A stretch of DNA of 64,000 bases from NCBI RefSeq assembly GCF_020745735.1, contig NW_026869102.1, positions 56,367 through 120,366 on the forward strand, read 5' to 3'. Below the pieces are notes generated by a model, which saw only the letters and a list, made by a program, of their open reading frames with translations, searched no databases and was not told the DNA's origin. Positions 22,746 through 34,399 of the stretch are shown here, piece by piece. This DNA is from Hemiscyllium ocellatum. Its lineage: Eukaryota. Position 1 is the first letter of the stretch, and each line of letters begins with the position of its first letter. Both the position numbers and the translations under genes were made by a program.

Positions 22746-23413
22746 TAACCATAGAGTGTGATAGAAGCCCATTTGGTTCACTGATCTCCTGTAGAGAAGG
22801 CCATCTGCCTTCCTTACCCAGTCTGGCCTACACGTGACTCTGCACAAATGGCTACTAGGGGATTAATGCTGATCTGGCAAGTGATGCTGATGGTCTGTGT
22901 ACACATTGGAAAATAAGAAGTCTCCAGGCTGGAGCAGAGCTGAGTGAGAGATGGGGGAGTCAGTTGTTAGGATCAACATGGACTGCTCGGAATGGAAAGG
23001 AGGTCCTGCAGAGAGACTGAGCAGTTAGGGGTTATGAGCAGATCAAAGCTGGGATCTCCCATTTTTCAGGGCATGTGACTTATCCCAAAGGGCAAGCAGG
23101 AAGGGTGGTAGGTGGTTTTGTTGGCATGGCATAACGTCAATACCAAGGCAAGAAATGGCCTTAATTCAGACGATGCAGAATCCATGGGGGTATGGGGAAG
23201 CAATATAAAGGGGGAGAAGATCTGGACAGGAGTAGTCCCACAGCATGCAGTGGGACAGAGAATAAAGCAGGAGATAATGAGGGTGGACTGGAAGAGCACA
23301 TCAACTGTTGGGGAGTGAAATCTTCAGATAGATTGGGGAAGGTGGGCACGGGAGTTAGAGTACAGGGGAGGGATGTGAAGGCACCGTCTCACTGGTGACA
23401 CGTTCTGATCCAG

Positions 23414-23597
23414 CCCCTTCCTGAAGCCGGGAGAATATGACCCAGAGGCCTTTGACTCGGACGTGTTGGAACGAATTTCCAATCTGGAAAAGATGCTGCG
23501 GAAACACTGCAAGAATGGTCTTCCAGTACTGGGAACACCCAAAGAGGAACGTCTCCAACTCCTAAAAAAACTGGAGGAGAGTAGGCTTCAGATAGAG
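23414..23597 (+). CDS. KIF22: KIF22 coding exon 9
   Basis: Translates to (S)PFLKPGEYDPEAFDSDVLERISNLEKMLRKHCKNGLPVLGTPKEERLQLLKKLEESRLQIE. Human has [27 protein letters not shown]...[23 protein letters not shown]. Acceptor atccag. Donor GTAAGG at 23598. Confidence 0.8.
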
Positions 23598-23856
23598 GTA
23601 AGGCCCCTTACACTCGGCTCGGTGCACCCAGACCCAGGAGGGTAGGGGATAAACAGCCCAGGGTCATGGGGTAAATGTGTCTCACGATGGAGCCTGGTTT
23701 CAGTACAGGGCCCCTGGAGGATAAGGGACAGGACAGGGTTAGTGTTGTTAAATGTTCAGAGCGCTATTATATTACAGACGGAGGTGAAATGCCAGTGTGT
23801 GCAGGAGAGGGTCTGTCTGTGAAATGTCCATGTCTGCTTTCCTTGTGTTGAAATAG

Positions 23857-24025
23857 AAACTGGAGCAGAGACAGAAGCAGCTGGAGCAAGTGCTCGCTTT
23901 GCAAGGAACGGCAGTGGGACAAACCCCGAGGAAGGAGACCTTGTTGAACAGGAATCATCCTGGAGCTCTGTGCAGAGGCTCAGTGGCCAAGCTGAGACAG
24001 CAGGCGATAGTGACACCGCTACAGC
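23857..24025 (+). CDS. KIF22: KIF22 coding exon 10 (coiled-coil region)
   Basis: Translates to KLEQRQKQLEQVLALQGTAVGQTPRKETLLNRNHPGALCRGSVAKLRQQAIVTPLQ. Human has RLKTKQKELEAKMLAQ...KPLKKAVVMPLQ. Acceptor aaatag. Donor GTAAGT at 24026. Confidence 0.75.
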
Positions 24026-24274
24026 GTAAGTGAGGTGTTCTGTTGGTGGGGACATGTTACCTGGGAGTGTGGACACATACAGACTTTAGTCATGGTGTCA
24101 CAGGTTAGGGGGGAAGTGGGGGGAGAGAGCGAGACGGGGATAGCAGGGTAGCTGGTTCATAGCTCAGCCCCTAACCCTGGCCCCTGGCCAGATCTGACCA
24201 TGTCAATCTCTCCCACTGTATCTCTCTCTCTTTCCCAGCCCCCAGGTCTGACTGTGTTCTCCCTGTTGTTCCAG

Positions 24275-24348
24275 GTCTGGATAACGGTCAGTTACTCAAA
24301 ACCGGCGACACACTGGTGCTGAAGAGGAGAGAGAAACTGGATAACAAG
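24275..24348 (+). CDS. KIF22: KIF22 coding exon 11
   Basis: Translates to (R)LDNGQLLKTGDTLVLKRREKLDNK. The phase is consistent with exons 10 and 12. Acceptor ttccag. Donor GTGTGT at 24349. Human has a basic KNKGRKRKLESLD stretch here. Confidence 0.6.
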
Positions 24349-24749
24349 GTGTGTGTTCCCACCCAGAGCACGGACTGGAGGCTACAGGAATGAGCCCTTG
24401 TCATCCCCGCTATCCAGGCCTTTCAATTCAATCCAATCTCCCCTTGGCCATCTCTGTACAACAATTGGAATGAGGAACTTGGGAACAGAAGGAAGCTGTA
24501 CAAGCCATCGAGCCTGCTGCAGTGCTCATTACAGTTGGTGGATGTATTTATTGTCACATCTACCAGAGTGGGTGTCTATACCTACCCTACACCAACCAGC
24601 GAGCTTACATTGGTGAATAGAGCTCCACCGTGAACTCCCTGCTTGGACAGTCTATGCCCCCACTGATTAAATTCACCCCCCTGCCCCATATGAACCTGTC
24701 TTACTGCCTTCAGGGGCCTTTGGACAAGCACCCCAAGTTCCTCAGGTTC

Positions 24750-25052
24750 TAGATTAGATTAGACTTACAGTGTGGAAACAGGCCCTTCGGCCCAACAAGT
24801 CCACACCGACCCGCCGAAGTGCAACCCACCCATACCCCTACATTTACCCCTTACCTAACCTAACATGGCCAATTCACCTGACCCGCACATCTTTGGACTG
24901 TGGGAGGAAACCGGAGCACCCGGAGGAAATCCACGCAGACACGGGGAGAACGTGCAAACTCCACACAGTCTGTCGCCTGAGTCGGGAACTGAACCCGGGT
25001 CTCAGGCGCTGTGAGGCAGCAGTGCTAACCACTGTGCCACCGTGCCGCCCAC
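24750..25052 (-). mobile_element. tRNA-derived SINE copy (same family as 7142-7447), reverse orientation
   Basis: The reverse complement matches the 7142-7447 SINE end to end (...cgggttcagttcccgactcaggcgacagactgtgtggagtttgcacgttctccccgtgtctgcgtggatttcctccgggtgctccggtttcctcccacagtccaaagatgtgcgggtcaggtgaattggccatg...). Confidence 0.75.
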
Positions 25053-25738
25053 CGTTCCTCTGAGCTTCCTCGTGTCCTGCCATTCAGAGTACTCTCTGGT
25101 CTTGTCCTTTCTTCCAAAGGGCATCATCTCCCATTTCTACACGGTTCCATTCCACCTGACCACTTCTATCCCCCGAATACCTTCCTTCTCGTTATCAGCC
25201 CATCTTCCTGTCCTCCACAAACTAACCATCTTCTCCATTGTTTCTCCGTTATCACAAACAGTAAGAGTCCCAAGCACTGACCCCTGTGGTGTACCACTGG
25301 ACATTGGGGACTGCTCTCTCAAACTGGGTCCTGCTCAGAGTCTGCAAGCAAGTGAAAGGACAAGTAGAACAGCCATAAACCACATTCATGTTAGTGAACG
25401 AGATCACCCTTAACCTCTTTATGACTGCAGTAATGATACTGCGGACAGCATCAAAACTCCAGCATGCTAGAAAGCAGACAAGCCCCTCTCCTGGTGCCTG
25501 GTTAATGAAAAGCATGTGATCAGGGCTGCTCTGAATCCACTGTCAGGAAGGGGAGCTCATACGTACCCTGTCAGATTGTTCATGCAACTCCTTCCTCTCA
25601 GGGACAGTCTGTTGGCCACATTTAATCATTGTCCCAGGTTTAGTCCTGTCATCCCACCTACCCCCAGTGTAGGGGGAACAGGGGGAGAAAGTGGCGATGG
25701 ACATTCTGGTAACGTGTGAGCTGGTCGTTGTTTTTCAG

Positions 25739-25930
25739 GAATGCAGCAGTGACTTGGAGAATGAGTTTGAGCTGACCGTGGATCATGAACTGACTCAGAG
25801 ACACAAGGATTACATCCTGAACATTCTCAACACCGGAGACCTGAAGCAGCTGAAGACCCTGCAAAGGGTGGGGGACAAGACTGCCAGGCTCATCATGAGC
25901 TGGAGGGAACACAATGGACCTTTCAGTCAG
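25739..25930 (+). CDS. KIF22: KIF22 coding exon 12 (C-terminal helix-hairpin-helix-like DNA-binding region)
   Basis: Translates to ECSSDLENEFELTVDHELTQRHKDYILNILNTGDLKQLKTLQRVGDKTARLIMSWREHNGPFSQ. Human has [58 protein letters not shown]. Acceptor ttttcag. Donor GTACCT at 25931. Confidence 0.9.
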
Positions 25931-26164
25931 GTACCTCATCTCCCACAGCCCCTCCTATTCAGGAAGGGAATCCCCACAGCCAGCTCCCTAGGGTTGGAGA
26001 GGTGGGTCATAAACTCCCCCAGAGCTAGTCATTGTTCTACAGTCAGCCTGTGTGAGGGGGGGTCGGGGTGGGGGGGGAAGTGCAGGGAGGGACGTAAATC
26101 CAGAGTCTCTGCTTCTGATCACTATCCACGGGTTAGACTGAGAGAATCAACCAAGGGCAACTAA

Positions 26165-28360
26165 AACAGTCAAACAGGGTGGTACACTGGCTCAGGGGTT
26201 AGCTCTGCGACCTCCCAGCACGAGGGATCCAGGTTCAATTCCAGGGGAATTGGCCCCACTACATGACCCACCGTGTTCGGGGTTGGGGGGAATTGGCCCC
26301 ACTACATGACCCACCGTGTTCGGGGTTGGGGGGAATTGGTCCCACTACATGACCCACCGTGTTTGGGGTTGGGGGGAATTGGCCCCACTACATGACCCAC
26401 CGTGTTCGGGGTTGGGGGGAATTGGCCCCACTACATGACCCACCGTGTTCGGGGTTGGGGGGGATTGGCCCCACTACATGACCCACCGTGTTCGGGGTTG
26501 GGGGGGATTGGCCCCACTACATGACCCACCGTGTTTGGGGTTGGGGGAATTGGTCCCACTACATGACCCACCGTGTTTGGGGTTGGGGGGGATTGGCCCC
26601 ACTACATGACCCACCATGTTCGGGGTTGGGGGGAATTGGCCCCACTACATGACCCACCGTGTTTGGGGTTGGGGGAATTGGTCCCACTACATGACCCACC
26701 GTGTTTGGGGTTGGGGGGAATTGGCCCTGCTACATGACCCACCGTGTTTGGGGTTGGGGGAATTGGCCCCACTACATGACCCACCGTGTTCGGGGTTGGG
26801 GGGAATTGGCCCCACTACATGACCCACCGGGTTGGGGGGAATTGGCCCCGCTACATGACCCACCGTGTTCGGGGTTGGGGGGAATTGGCCCTGCTACATG
26901 ACCCACCGTGTTCGGGGTTGGGGGGGATTGGCCCCACTACATGACCCACCGTGTTCGGGGTTGGGGGGGATTGGCCCCACTACATGACCCACCGTGTTTG
27001 GGGTTGGGGGAATTGGTCCCACTACATGACCCACCGTGTTTGGGGTTGGGGGGGATTGGCCCCACTACATGACCCACCATGTTCGGGGTTGGGGGGAATT
27101 GGCCCCACTACATGACCCACCGTGTTTGGGGTTGGGGGAATTGGTCCCACTACATGACCCACCGTGTTTGGGGTTGGGGGGAATTGGCCCTGCTACATGA
27201 CCCACCGTGTTTGGGGTTGGGGGAATTGGCCCCACTACATGACCCACCGTGTTCGGGGTTGGGGGGAATTGGCCCCACTACATGACCCACCGGGTTGGGG
27301 GGAATTGGCCCCGCTACATGACCCACCGTGTTCGGGGTTGGGGGAATTGGCCCCACTACATGACCCACTGTGTTCGGGGTTGGGGGGAATTGGCCCTGCT
27401 ACATGACCCACTGTGTTTGGGGTTGGGGGGAATTGGCCCCACTACATGACCCACCGTGTTTGGGGTTGGGGGAATTGGCCCTGCTACATGACCCACCGTG
27501 TTCGGGGTTGGGGGGAATTGGCCCCGCTACATGACCCACCATGTTCGGGGTTGGGGGGAATTGGCCCTGCTACATGACCCACCGTGTTTGGGGTTGGGGG
27601 GAATTGGCCCCACTACATGACCCACCGTGTTTGGGGTTGGGGGAATTGGCCCCACTACATGACCCACCGTGTTTGGGGTTGGGGGGAATTGGCCCCACTA
27701 CATGACCCACCGTGTTTGGGGTTGGGGGAATTGGCCCCACTACATGACCCACCGTGTTCGGGGTTGGGGGGGATTGGTCCCGCTACATGACCCACCATGT
27801 TTGGGGTTGGGGGGAATTGGCCCTGCTACATGACCCACCATGTTCGGGGTTGGGGGGAATTGGTCCCACTACATGACCCACCGTGTTTGGGGTTGGGGGG
27901 AATTGGCCCCACTACATGACCCACTGTGTTTGGGATTGGGGGGAATTGGCCCCACTACATGACCCACCGTGTTCGGGGTTGGGGGGAATTGGCCCCACTA
28001 CATGACCCACCGTGTTCGGGGTTGGGGGGAATTGGCCCCGCTACATGACCCACCGTGTTTGGGGTTGGGGGGAATTGGCCCTGCTACATGACCCACCGTG
28101 TTCGGGGTTGGGGGGAATTGGTCCCACTACATGACCCACCGTGTTTGGGGTTGGGGGGAATTGGCCCTGCTACATGACCCACCGTGTTTGGGGTTGGGGG
28201 GAATTGGCCCCGCTACATGACCCACCGTGTTTGGGGTTGGGGGGAATTGGCCCCACTACATGACCCACCGTGTTCGGGGTTGGGGGGAATTGGTCCCACT
28301 ACATGACCCACCGTGTTCGGGGTTGGGGGGATTGGCCCTGCTACATGACCCACAGCATGG
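26165..28360 (+). repeat. 43-bp minisatellite of about 50 copies, seeded by a truncated tRNA-derived SINE head (26165-26250)
   Basis: Unit ccactacatgacccaccgtgttcggggttggggggaattggcc, with variants t/c and g/t, tiles 26250-28355 continuously. It is preceded by the tRNA-like head ggtggtacactggctcaggggttagctctgcgacctcccagcacgagggatccaggttcaattccagg. The unit resembles the SINE internal segment gtgaattggccatgctaaattgcccgtagtgttaggtaagggg. Confidence 0.85.
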
Positions 28361-28379
28361 TTAGGCACTCTTACCCATT

Positions 28380-28900
28380 GAGTCCACTCCAGCATTTGGT
28401 CATGGGTTGATGTTTCTCAATCTCATTCTCCTGCCTTCTCTTTACTGAGACCATGCCCTTGTCCTTCCTGGTTGAGGAACCTTCTCCACATCCACTCTGT
28501 CCATCTCCCAGTATTCTGCCCCATCCTTCTATATGATCCACTGAGTCCCCAACCACTCCTCCTGTGACAAGCTCTTCATCCCTGGGATTGTTCATTCTTA
28601 TAAACCTCCACTGGACCCCTCCATTACCAGCACCGCCATCCTCCGATACAGCTCACAGTATTCCAAATGCAGTCTGACCAGAGCGTTCAACATACTCAGC
28701 AGTGTATCTTGTTGTTGTATTCGAGCTGCCTTGTAATGAAGGTGAACATTGGATTTCCCTTCCTAACTATCAACCTGAAGAGAATCCTGAAGTAGGACTC
28801 CCTTTCCCCAGTTAGAAAACAGTCCACACCTCTTCCTACCAAACTACGCATTTCACCCACACATCTTTGTCCAGGTGGACTCAGCACATCCATGTCCTTT
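28380..28900 (-). mobile_element. LINE ORF2 C-terminal fragment, antisense
   Basis: The reverse complement of about 28640-28690 encodes LLSMLNALVRLHLEYC, the LVRPHLEYC motif. Confidence 0.5.
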
Positions 28901-29920
28901 TGTCCCCGTTCCCCCCCCCAGATACAATGCTGTTTGTTCCTCTGTCAGATGTTAACGTAGAACATCAATAGGTTTGGTCCCAACATGGGCTCTCTGTAGA
29001 GCTCCAGTCAGCACCAGCTGCCATCCTGAAATAGCCCCGTGTGTCTCCAGGTTTTGCCTTCTGCCAGTCAGCCAATCCTCTATCCCCTAACACCATGGGC
29101 TCCTATCTTATGTAGCAGCTGCTTGGGTGGCACCTTGTCCAAGGCTTTCTGGAAGTCCCAAATCCCCACCATTTCTTTGTTCCCTTTACTTCTTCACCAG
29201 CCTCACTTTCCCTCTAACTCCCACACATATCCATATGTTTGGTATACTGTGTGTTTAAGTAGAACACCCTCAGCCCTCTGACCACTGTCCTTCTCCGAGT
29301 TGTCCCCATATCTGCTGTACCTGAAGTTTGACTCTTGATCCTTTTCCATACTCTGACCTATTACTTGTTAATACAAACGTCCCCCTCTGCCGAGCCCTCT
29401 CCCACTTCCCCCTTTCTATAATGCTCCATGTAACTGGACTCTACACTCTGCAGCTACTGAATTCATTATCAATGAGACTCCTTAGGCCACACCTTCCAAA
29501 CCCCCAACCACATCCGTCCAGAAGGACAAGGGTGGCAGACACACAGGAACCCCACCCTGTGCAAGTTCCCCTCTGACCCTCTCACCTTCCTGCCACCATT
29601 TCTTCAGTGTCACTGGGTCAAACTCCTGGCACTGTCTCCCCAAGGACATTGTGGGGCAATCCATGGGGCACAATTGTAGTGGTTCAAGAAGGCAGCTCCC
29701 CACCACTTTCTGAAGGAGCACATTGGAACAGGCAAGAAATGCTGGGCCCAGCCAGTGACCTCCAGATCCCATTTCCTAATAATGAGAGAAGCCCAGGAAT
29801 AGGGAAAAGAGAGGTGGGAATCAGCCAGCTAATGACTGAGTGGGACAAGTGCCAGGTAAAACGTACCGTTTCTGCTCAACACTGAGCACTTTAACCCGAG
29901 TTGATGCTGTGTTCTTTCAG

Positions 29921-29977
29921 ATCGAGGAGCTGGAGAAGATTGGGATGTCATTGAGAACTCTGTCCACTTTCATGAGG
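29921..29977 (+). CDS. KIF22: KIF22 coding exon 13
   Basis: Translates to IEELEKIGMSLRTLSTFMR. Human has [20 protein letters not shown]. Acceptor ctttcag. Donor GTAAGA at 29978. Confidence 0.75.
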
Positions 29978-30279
29978 GTAAGAATCGGAGAGTGTGTGCA
30001 GGGCCTGATGCTGACTTTGTGACCCTTGCTTTGTATAAACACTGACTGGGAACAGATGCAGTGTGATTTGATGTGGATTGGCCAGTGCTGGTGTGGGACT
30101 GGGATGGACCGAATCAGACATCACGTGACACCCGGTTGTAAATCCAACCCGTTTATTTGAAATCACAAGCTTTGGGAGCGGTGCCCCATCATCAGGTGGA
30201 CTGTCTTCAGCTTGAGATTCCAAATGAACCTGTTGGACTGTGGCTTGATATTGTGTGACTTCTGACAGTGTGGTTTCGA

Positions 30280-30960
30280 CACATTGAGTGAGCAGACCAA
30301 TGCATGGCAGATGCAGTATGATGTGGATAAATGTGAGAATTACCTGGACAGCAATAAATTGGGAAGGGGGATTGGGGGGGCACGGGACCTGGGTCTGTAC
30401 ATCACTCACCTGAGAGTAAGCTTGCAGGTCTTCAAAGGGAGAGGAGTCTTCAAATCCAGGAGCACAGATAATGATACTGACTGTACCTGGAATATAGTGT
30501 CTGGGTTTTGGTCTCATTATCTGAGGATAACTATGGAGGGAGTGCAGCAAACGTTTCCTGGACTGATTCCTGATATAGTGGGACTGACATTTGAGAAGAG
30601 ATTAGATTGGTTCAGGATGACATTTGCTGGCATTTATTGGGGGTGTACGGGAAATGTTGTATGATCCTATAAACCTCCAACAGGACCCGACAGGATAGAC
30701 ACAGGACCTTCCCGATCAGGAATCTGAAACCAGAGGTCATTGTGTTACCGATCTGAAATGGGGAGAAGCCTCTTTCCCCAGAAAGTGGTGGAGCCTGTGG
30801 AATCCTGTCCCAGGAAGCTGCTGAGGCTACACTATGGAATGTGTGAACGAGGGGATAGTATTCCAATGGAGCTCTTGGTGCTGAGGGGGGAGGGGGGGTG
30901 GGGAATGTTGTGAGACAGCAGGGACAGAGATGGATGGTCAGACATGTTCATATTGAATGG
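30280..30960 (+). mobile_element. LINE reverse-transcriptase / ORF2 C-terminal fragment
   Basis: ORF 30284-30664 reads ...WQMQYDVDKCENYLDSNKLGRGIGGARDLGLYITHLRVSLQVFKGRGVFKSRSTDNDTDCTWNIVSGFWSHYLR...VQQTFPGLIPDIVGLTFEKRLDWFRM. This corresponds to ORF2 C-terminal motifs of L2/CR1-like LINEs as recalled: WA..WQM.FN.DKC, then Q.DLGV, then LEYC.QFWSP, then ERVQ.RFTRM.PG. Confidence 0.6.
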
Positions 30961-31223
30961 TAGATCAGGCTCAAAGGGCTGAATAGCCTCCTACTATACT
31001 GTTCCTATTGAGGTGACCCACACCCGACTGAACAGACAGTGATGATCAAAACCAAACCTTTTTACTGAATAACTATTCTTATATTGCCCATTCCCTAGGC
31101 CAACGTGATGAGCTGTATGGGGAGGTGAATACCTGGTGTAGATGAAGGATCACCACATCTTTCCAAGCTGTCTTAATTGTATGTGCCGGAGTCTGGTGTG
31201 ACAGTAGAAGCCTTCAGTTCTCT

Positions 31224-31246
31224 GTGTGTGTGTGTGTGTGTGTTTC
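31224..31246. repeat. (TG)n microsatellite
   Basis: tgtgtgtgtgtgtgtgtgtgtg. Confidence 0.8.
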
Positions 31247-31374
31247 CTCTGCCTGTTCCTACAACAAGCTCCAAATTCAAACAGGGAGGTCCTGACTGCT
31301 CATGAAGAAACTGTGATTGATAACTGTCTTCTGGCAAGTGTGTGCAGTCTGGAGAGTGTGGTGTGTCAAGTGTA

Positions 31375-31560
31375 TGGTGCTGGATTAGCACAGCAGTTCA
31401 GGCAGCATCTGAGGAGCAGGAGAGTTCACATTGAAGAGCTGACGAAGGGCGGGCTTATGGCCGAGATGTCAATTCTCCTCCTGCTCTTTGGGTGCTGCCT
31501 GACCTGCGCTTTTCTAGCACCACACTCGACTCTGATCTCCAGTCCTTGTTCTTCCCTCTG
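31375..31560. repeat. Degenerate member of the foldback/hairpin repeat family seen at 9020-9201
   Basis: ggtgctggattagcacagcagttcaggcagcatctgaggagcaggagagttcacattgaagagctgacgaagggcgggcttatggccgagatgtcaattctcctcctgctctttgggtgctgcctgacctgcgcttttctagcaccac. The two arms are imperfectly complementary and share cagcagg(t/c)caggcagcatc with the 9020 element. Confidence 0.6.
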
Positions 31561-31755
31561 CCTGTGCTGTGTCTGCTTTGTACGGGGTCACAAACCTCCC
31601 TCCTGGCCATTAGCAATCAGTGTTTCAGAGCTGGCTTCTCCTGTGTTATTAAAGTAGGAATCTTGTCAGAATGGAATGGAGCTGAGAATGTATATTTCCA
31701 CCTCAGCTCACATGTCACTGCTATTGTATTTTAACCATTTGTTTCTTGTCTTTAG

Positions 31756-31770
31756 CAAATCCTTTATTAA
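31756..31770 (+). CDS. KIF22: Candidate terminal KIF22 coding micro-exon (QILY-stop) followed by the 3' UTR
   Basis: The acceptor tttgtttcttgtctttag (AG at 31754-31755) is followed by caa atc ctt tat taa. ATTAAA lies downstream at about 31784. With this exon the summed exon length is 1898 nt, which becomes 1899 nt (633 codons) if one nucleotide is restored in exon 2. Sequence similarity to the human C-terminus (..FLKANIL..) is weak. Confidence 0.3.
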   Translation, partial: QILY

Positions 31771-32599
31771 AACTTGTTGTACCATTAAATGGCCAGTGAA
31801 ACTTGTCCACAGCGCTGCCAATGCTTGCTGCACACTGATGGGAACATAGTGTGGAGTCATCCACAGAAACACACCTGTCCTCCTGTGTGCCAGTTCCAAC
31901 TTGTGGACAGATTTCCTTGACCCCCCTTCCTCTCTCTCACCCCCACCCCCTTCCAGCACCACTCATCCAGAATCTGGTTTCCAGCATCTGCAGTCCTTGT
32001 TTATACATCATCTAAACCTGCTGTGCTTTTCCAGCAGCAAAGTGACTCTCCTCACTTTGACCTTGGGCTCCTTGATATCAGGGATGGTCACTCTCCACTC
32101 TCCCTGTGTAATCCAGCTGTTTTACCCATGCTCCCCATCAGTTATCTCAGAGGGTGGGTCTCCCCTCACCACCTTGTCCAAACCTTTCTCCTACTCCCAC
32201 CCTGTGACAGCACGAATGATAATGAAGAGTGGACACAATAGGTTTGCAAAAACAGGCCTTTAATCACTTGGCTGCAACACTTCCAAACTTGCTGCTCAAC
32301 TGGTTATCCTGAGTTTTCAGGGTTTGACCCTGTTTCCTGCTTCTGCTGAGGTGCAGTTCAGTGCTGGAGAGCAGGGTGGGGAGTGCAGACCTTGTAACCT
32401 CTGCTCCTCACTGTTTCCTTGTCACACACAATACCACACAGGAGACAGGAGTGTCACTCGATCAGACCAGTGGTGTTCAGTGATCCCTCGTACAGCACGA
32501 CCACAGAGGGCTCTGTAACAGGCAGAGACAGTGTGTTAGGAGCTGTCTCACCCCGGCCACCTCTACCCAGTTTCAGGTTATCTGGTGAACTGAGAGGTC

Positions 32600-33140
32600 C
32601 ACGTTCCTCAACCACAACCTGGTGCATCAGTAACCTTCAGCCTGAACCAGTGCGGGAACAATTCAACTCCTGCCACATCAGGGAACTGAACAGGACCTGG
32701 GTGAGGCCACTTTTGGAACACACTGTTCAACTCTGGTTTCTGCTACAGGAAGGATGTGGTGAAACGTGAAGGAGTTCACCAAGGATTTACAAGGAGTTGG
32801 AGCGACAGGGAGAGACTAAATGGAGGCTGAGTGGTGATGTTAGAGAAGTTGGTAAAATCAGGAAGGGTGTGGATAGGGTAAAGAGCCACTATCTTTTCCC
32901 CAGGAAGGGGGTCCAAAACTAGAGGACACCGGTTTAAGGGGAGGTGGGAGCACAGTTTACAAAGGAGCTGAGGGGCAATGTTTTCACACAGAGGGTGGTG
33001 TGTCTATGGAATGAGCTGCCAGAGGACGTGGTGGAGGTTGGTACAATGACGACATTTAAAAGGCATCTGGCAAATGGGACAAGATTAATATAGGACACCT
33101 GCTCAGCACAGATGTGTTGGACCGATGGGTCTATTTCTGT
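32600..33140 (+). mobile_element. LINE 3' end (ORF2 C-terminus plus tail)
   Basis: Reads ...TWVRPLLEHTVQLWFLLQEGCGET...ELRGNVFTQRVVCLWNELPEDVVEVGTMTTFKRHL... with tail ggtctatttctgtgctgtccctctgtga. Confidence 0.65.
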
Positions 33141-33479
33141 GCTGTCCCTCTGTGATGCTTTGACCCTCAACGTCCTCAAACACGTATCCCCTTCAGAGTC
33201 TGAGTGGCCGAATCAATGTCGTGTCCAACCACAATGTGACCCCTCAACTCCTATTGTCAATGTACTGACCGATACAGGGAAACATCCCAAACCCTACCTC
33301 CAACCTGGGGAATGCCATGCTAAGTGAAGTAGTTAGCTTTAAAAACATTCAAAGGGGAAGCCTCAGATAGATCTTTTGTTTTCAACAGTCAAGGAATTAA
33401 GGTGAGCGCTGAGACCACAAGAGGATCTTACTGAATGGTGGAGTAGTCTCAAAAGGGACAGATGGCTTATTCCTATTCC

Positions 33480-34100
33480 ATAGGCTGTCATGTACATCCC
33501 CCTCGACCTGCCAGTCCACTCTCAGGGAACTGTGAACCTGCCGTCCAAGGTCTCTTTGTTCAGCAACACTCCGTGGGACCTTAGCATTAAGTTACAAGTC
33601 CTGCCCTGATCTGCCTTTCCCAAAATGCAGCACCTCGCATTTATCTAAATGAAATTCCATCTGCCATTCCTTGGCCCATCTGATCAAGGTCCTGTTGTAA
33701 TCGGAGCTAACCTTCTTCACTGTCCACGACACCTCCAATTTTGGTGTCATCTGCAAGCTCAGTAACTATATCCCTTATACTCCCATCCAAACCATTGATA
33801 TAAATCGGGACCCAGCACCGATCCTTGTGGCACTCCACTGGTCACAGGCCTCCTCCACCACCACCCTCTGTCTCCTACCTTCAAGCCAATTTTGCATCCA
33901 AATGGCTACTTCCCCATCTATTCCCCGTGATCTAACCTTGCTAACCAGTCTACCGTGAGGATCCTTATCGAACACCTTCCTGAAATCCACACCGATCACG
34001 TCCACCACTCTGTCCTCAGTCCTCTTTGTTACTTCTTCAAAAAAACTCAATCAAGTTCACGAGACATCATTTCCCTGGTGTGGGCAAGGACACCGTTGAA
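33480..34100 (-). mobile_element. LINE reverse-transcriptase fragment, antisense
   Basis: Minus-strand ORF 33775-34050 reads ...[52 protein letters not shown]. Upstream antisense sequence matches the 573-bp unit of the 4320-6240 array. Confidence 0.65.
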
Positions 34101-34399
34101 GGGAGAGTTGAGCCACAGAAAAGCAACTCCACACCCTAAACCCATCTTTGTTCAAAACTGATTATAACCCTCACCTCGTTTGTGTCTCTCCCAAATGCGA
34201 TCCCATTCTAGAAAAACAAACAAGATGGAAATTAACAAGGTGGGGTAAATAAATATCGTTCCTGAACTCCTCCTGTCCTCAAAGCAGTTGGCTTCTGACC
34301 TAGTCACGTCCCTGTATTTCCAAACTCCATGTTCCACCCCTCCCTCTATAGCCAGGGCCACCCTTGACCCTCAGTCCCTTCAACCCTGCCTCTCAGCCC

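Noticed and set aside
26602-27790. Multiple 60-80-aa ORFs in the 43-bp minisatellite
   Set aside because: They are artefacts of the tandem repeat: the same peptide is reiterated.
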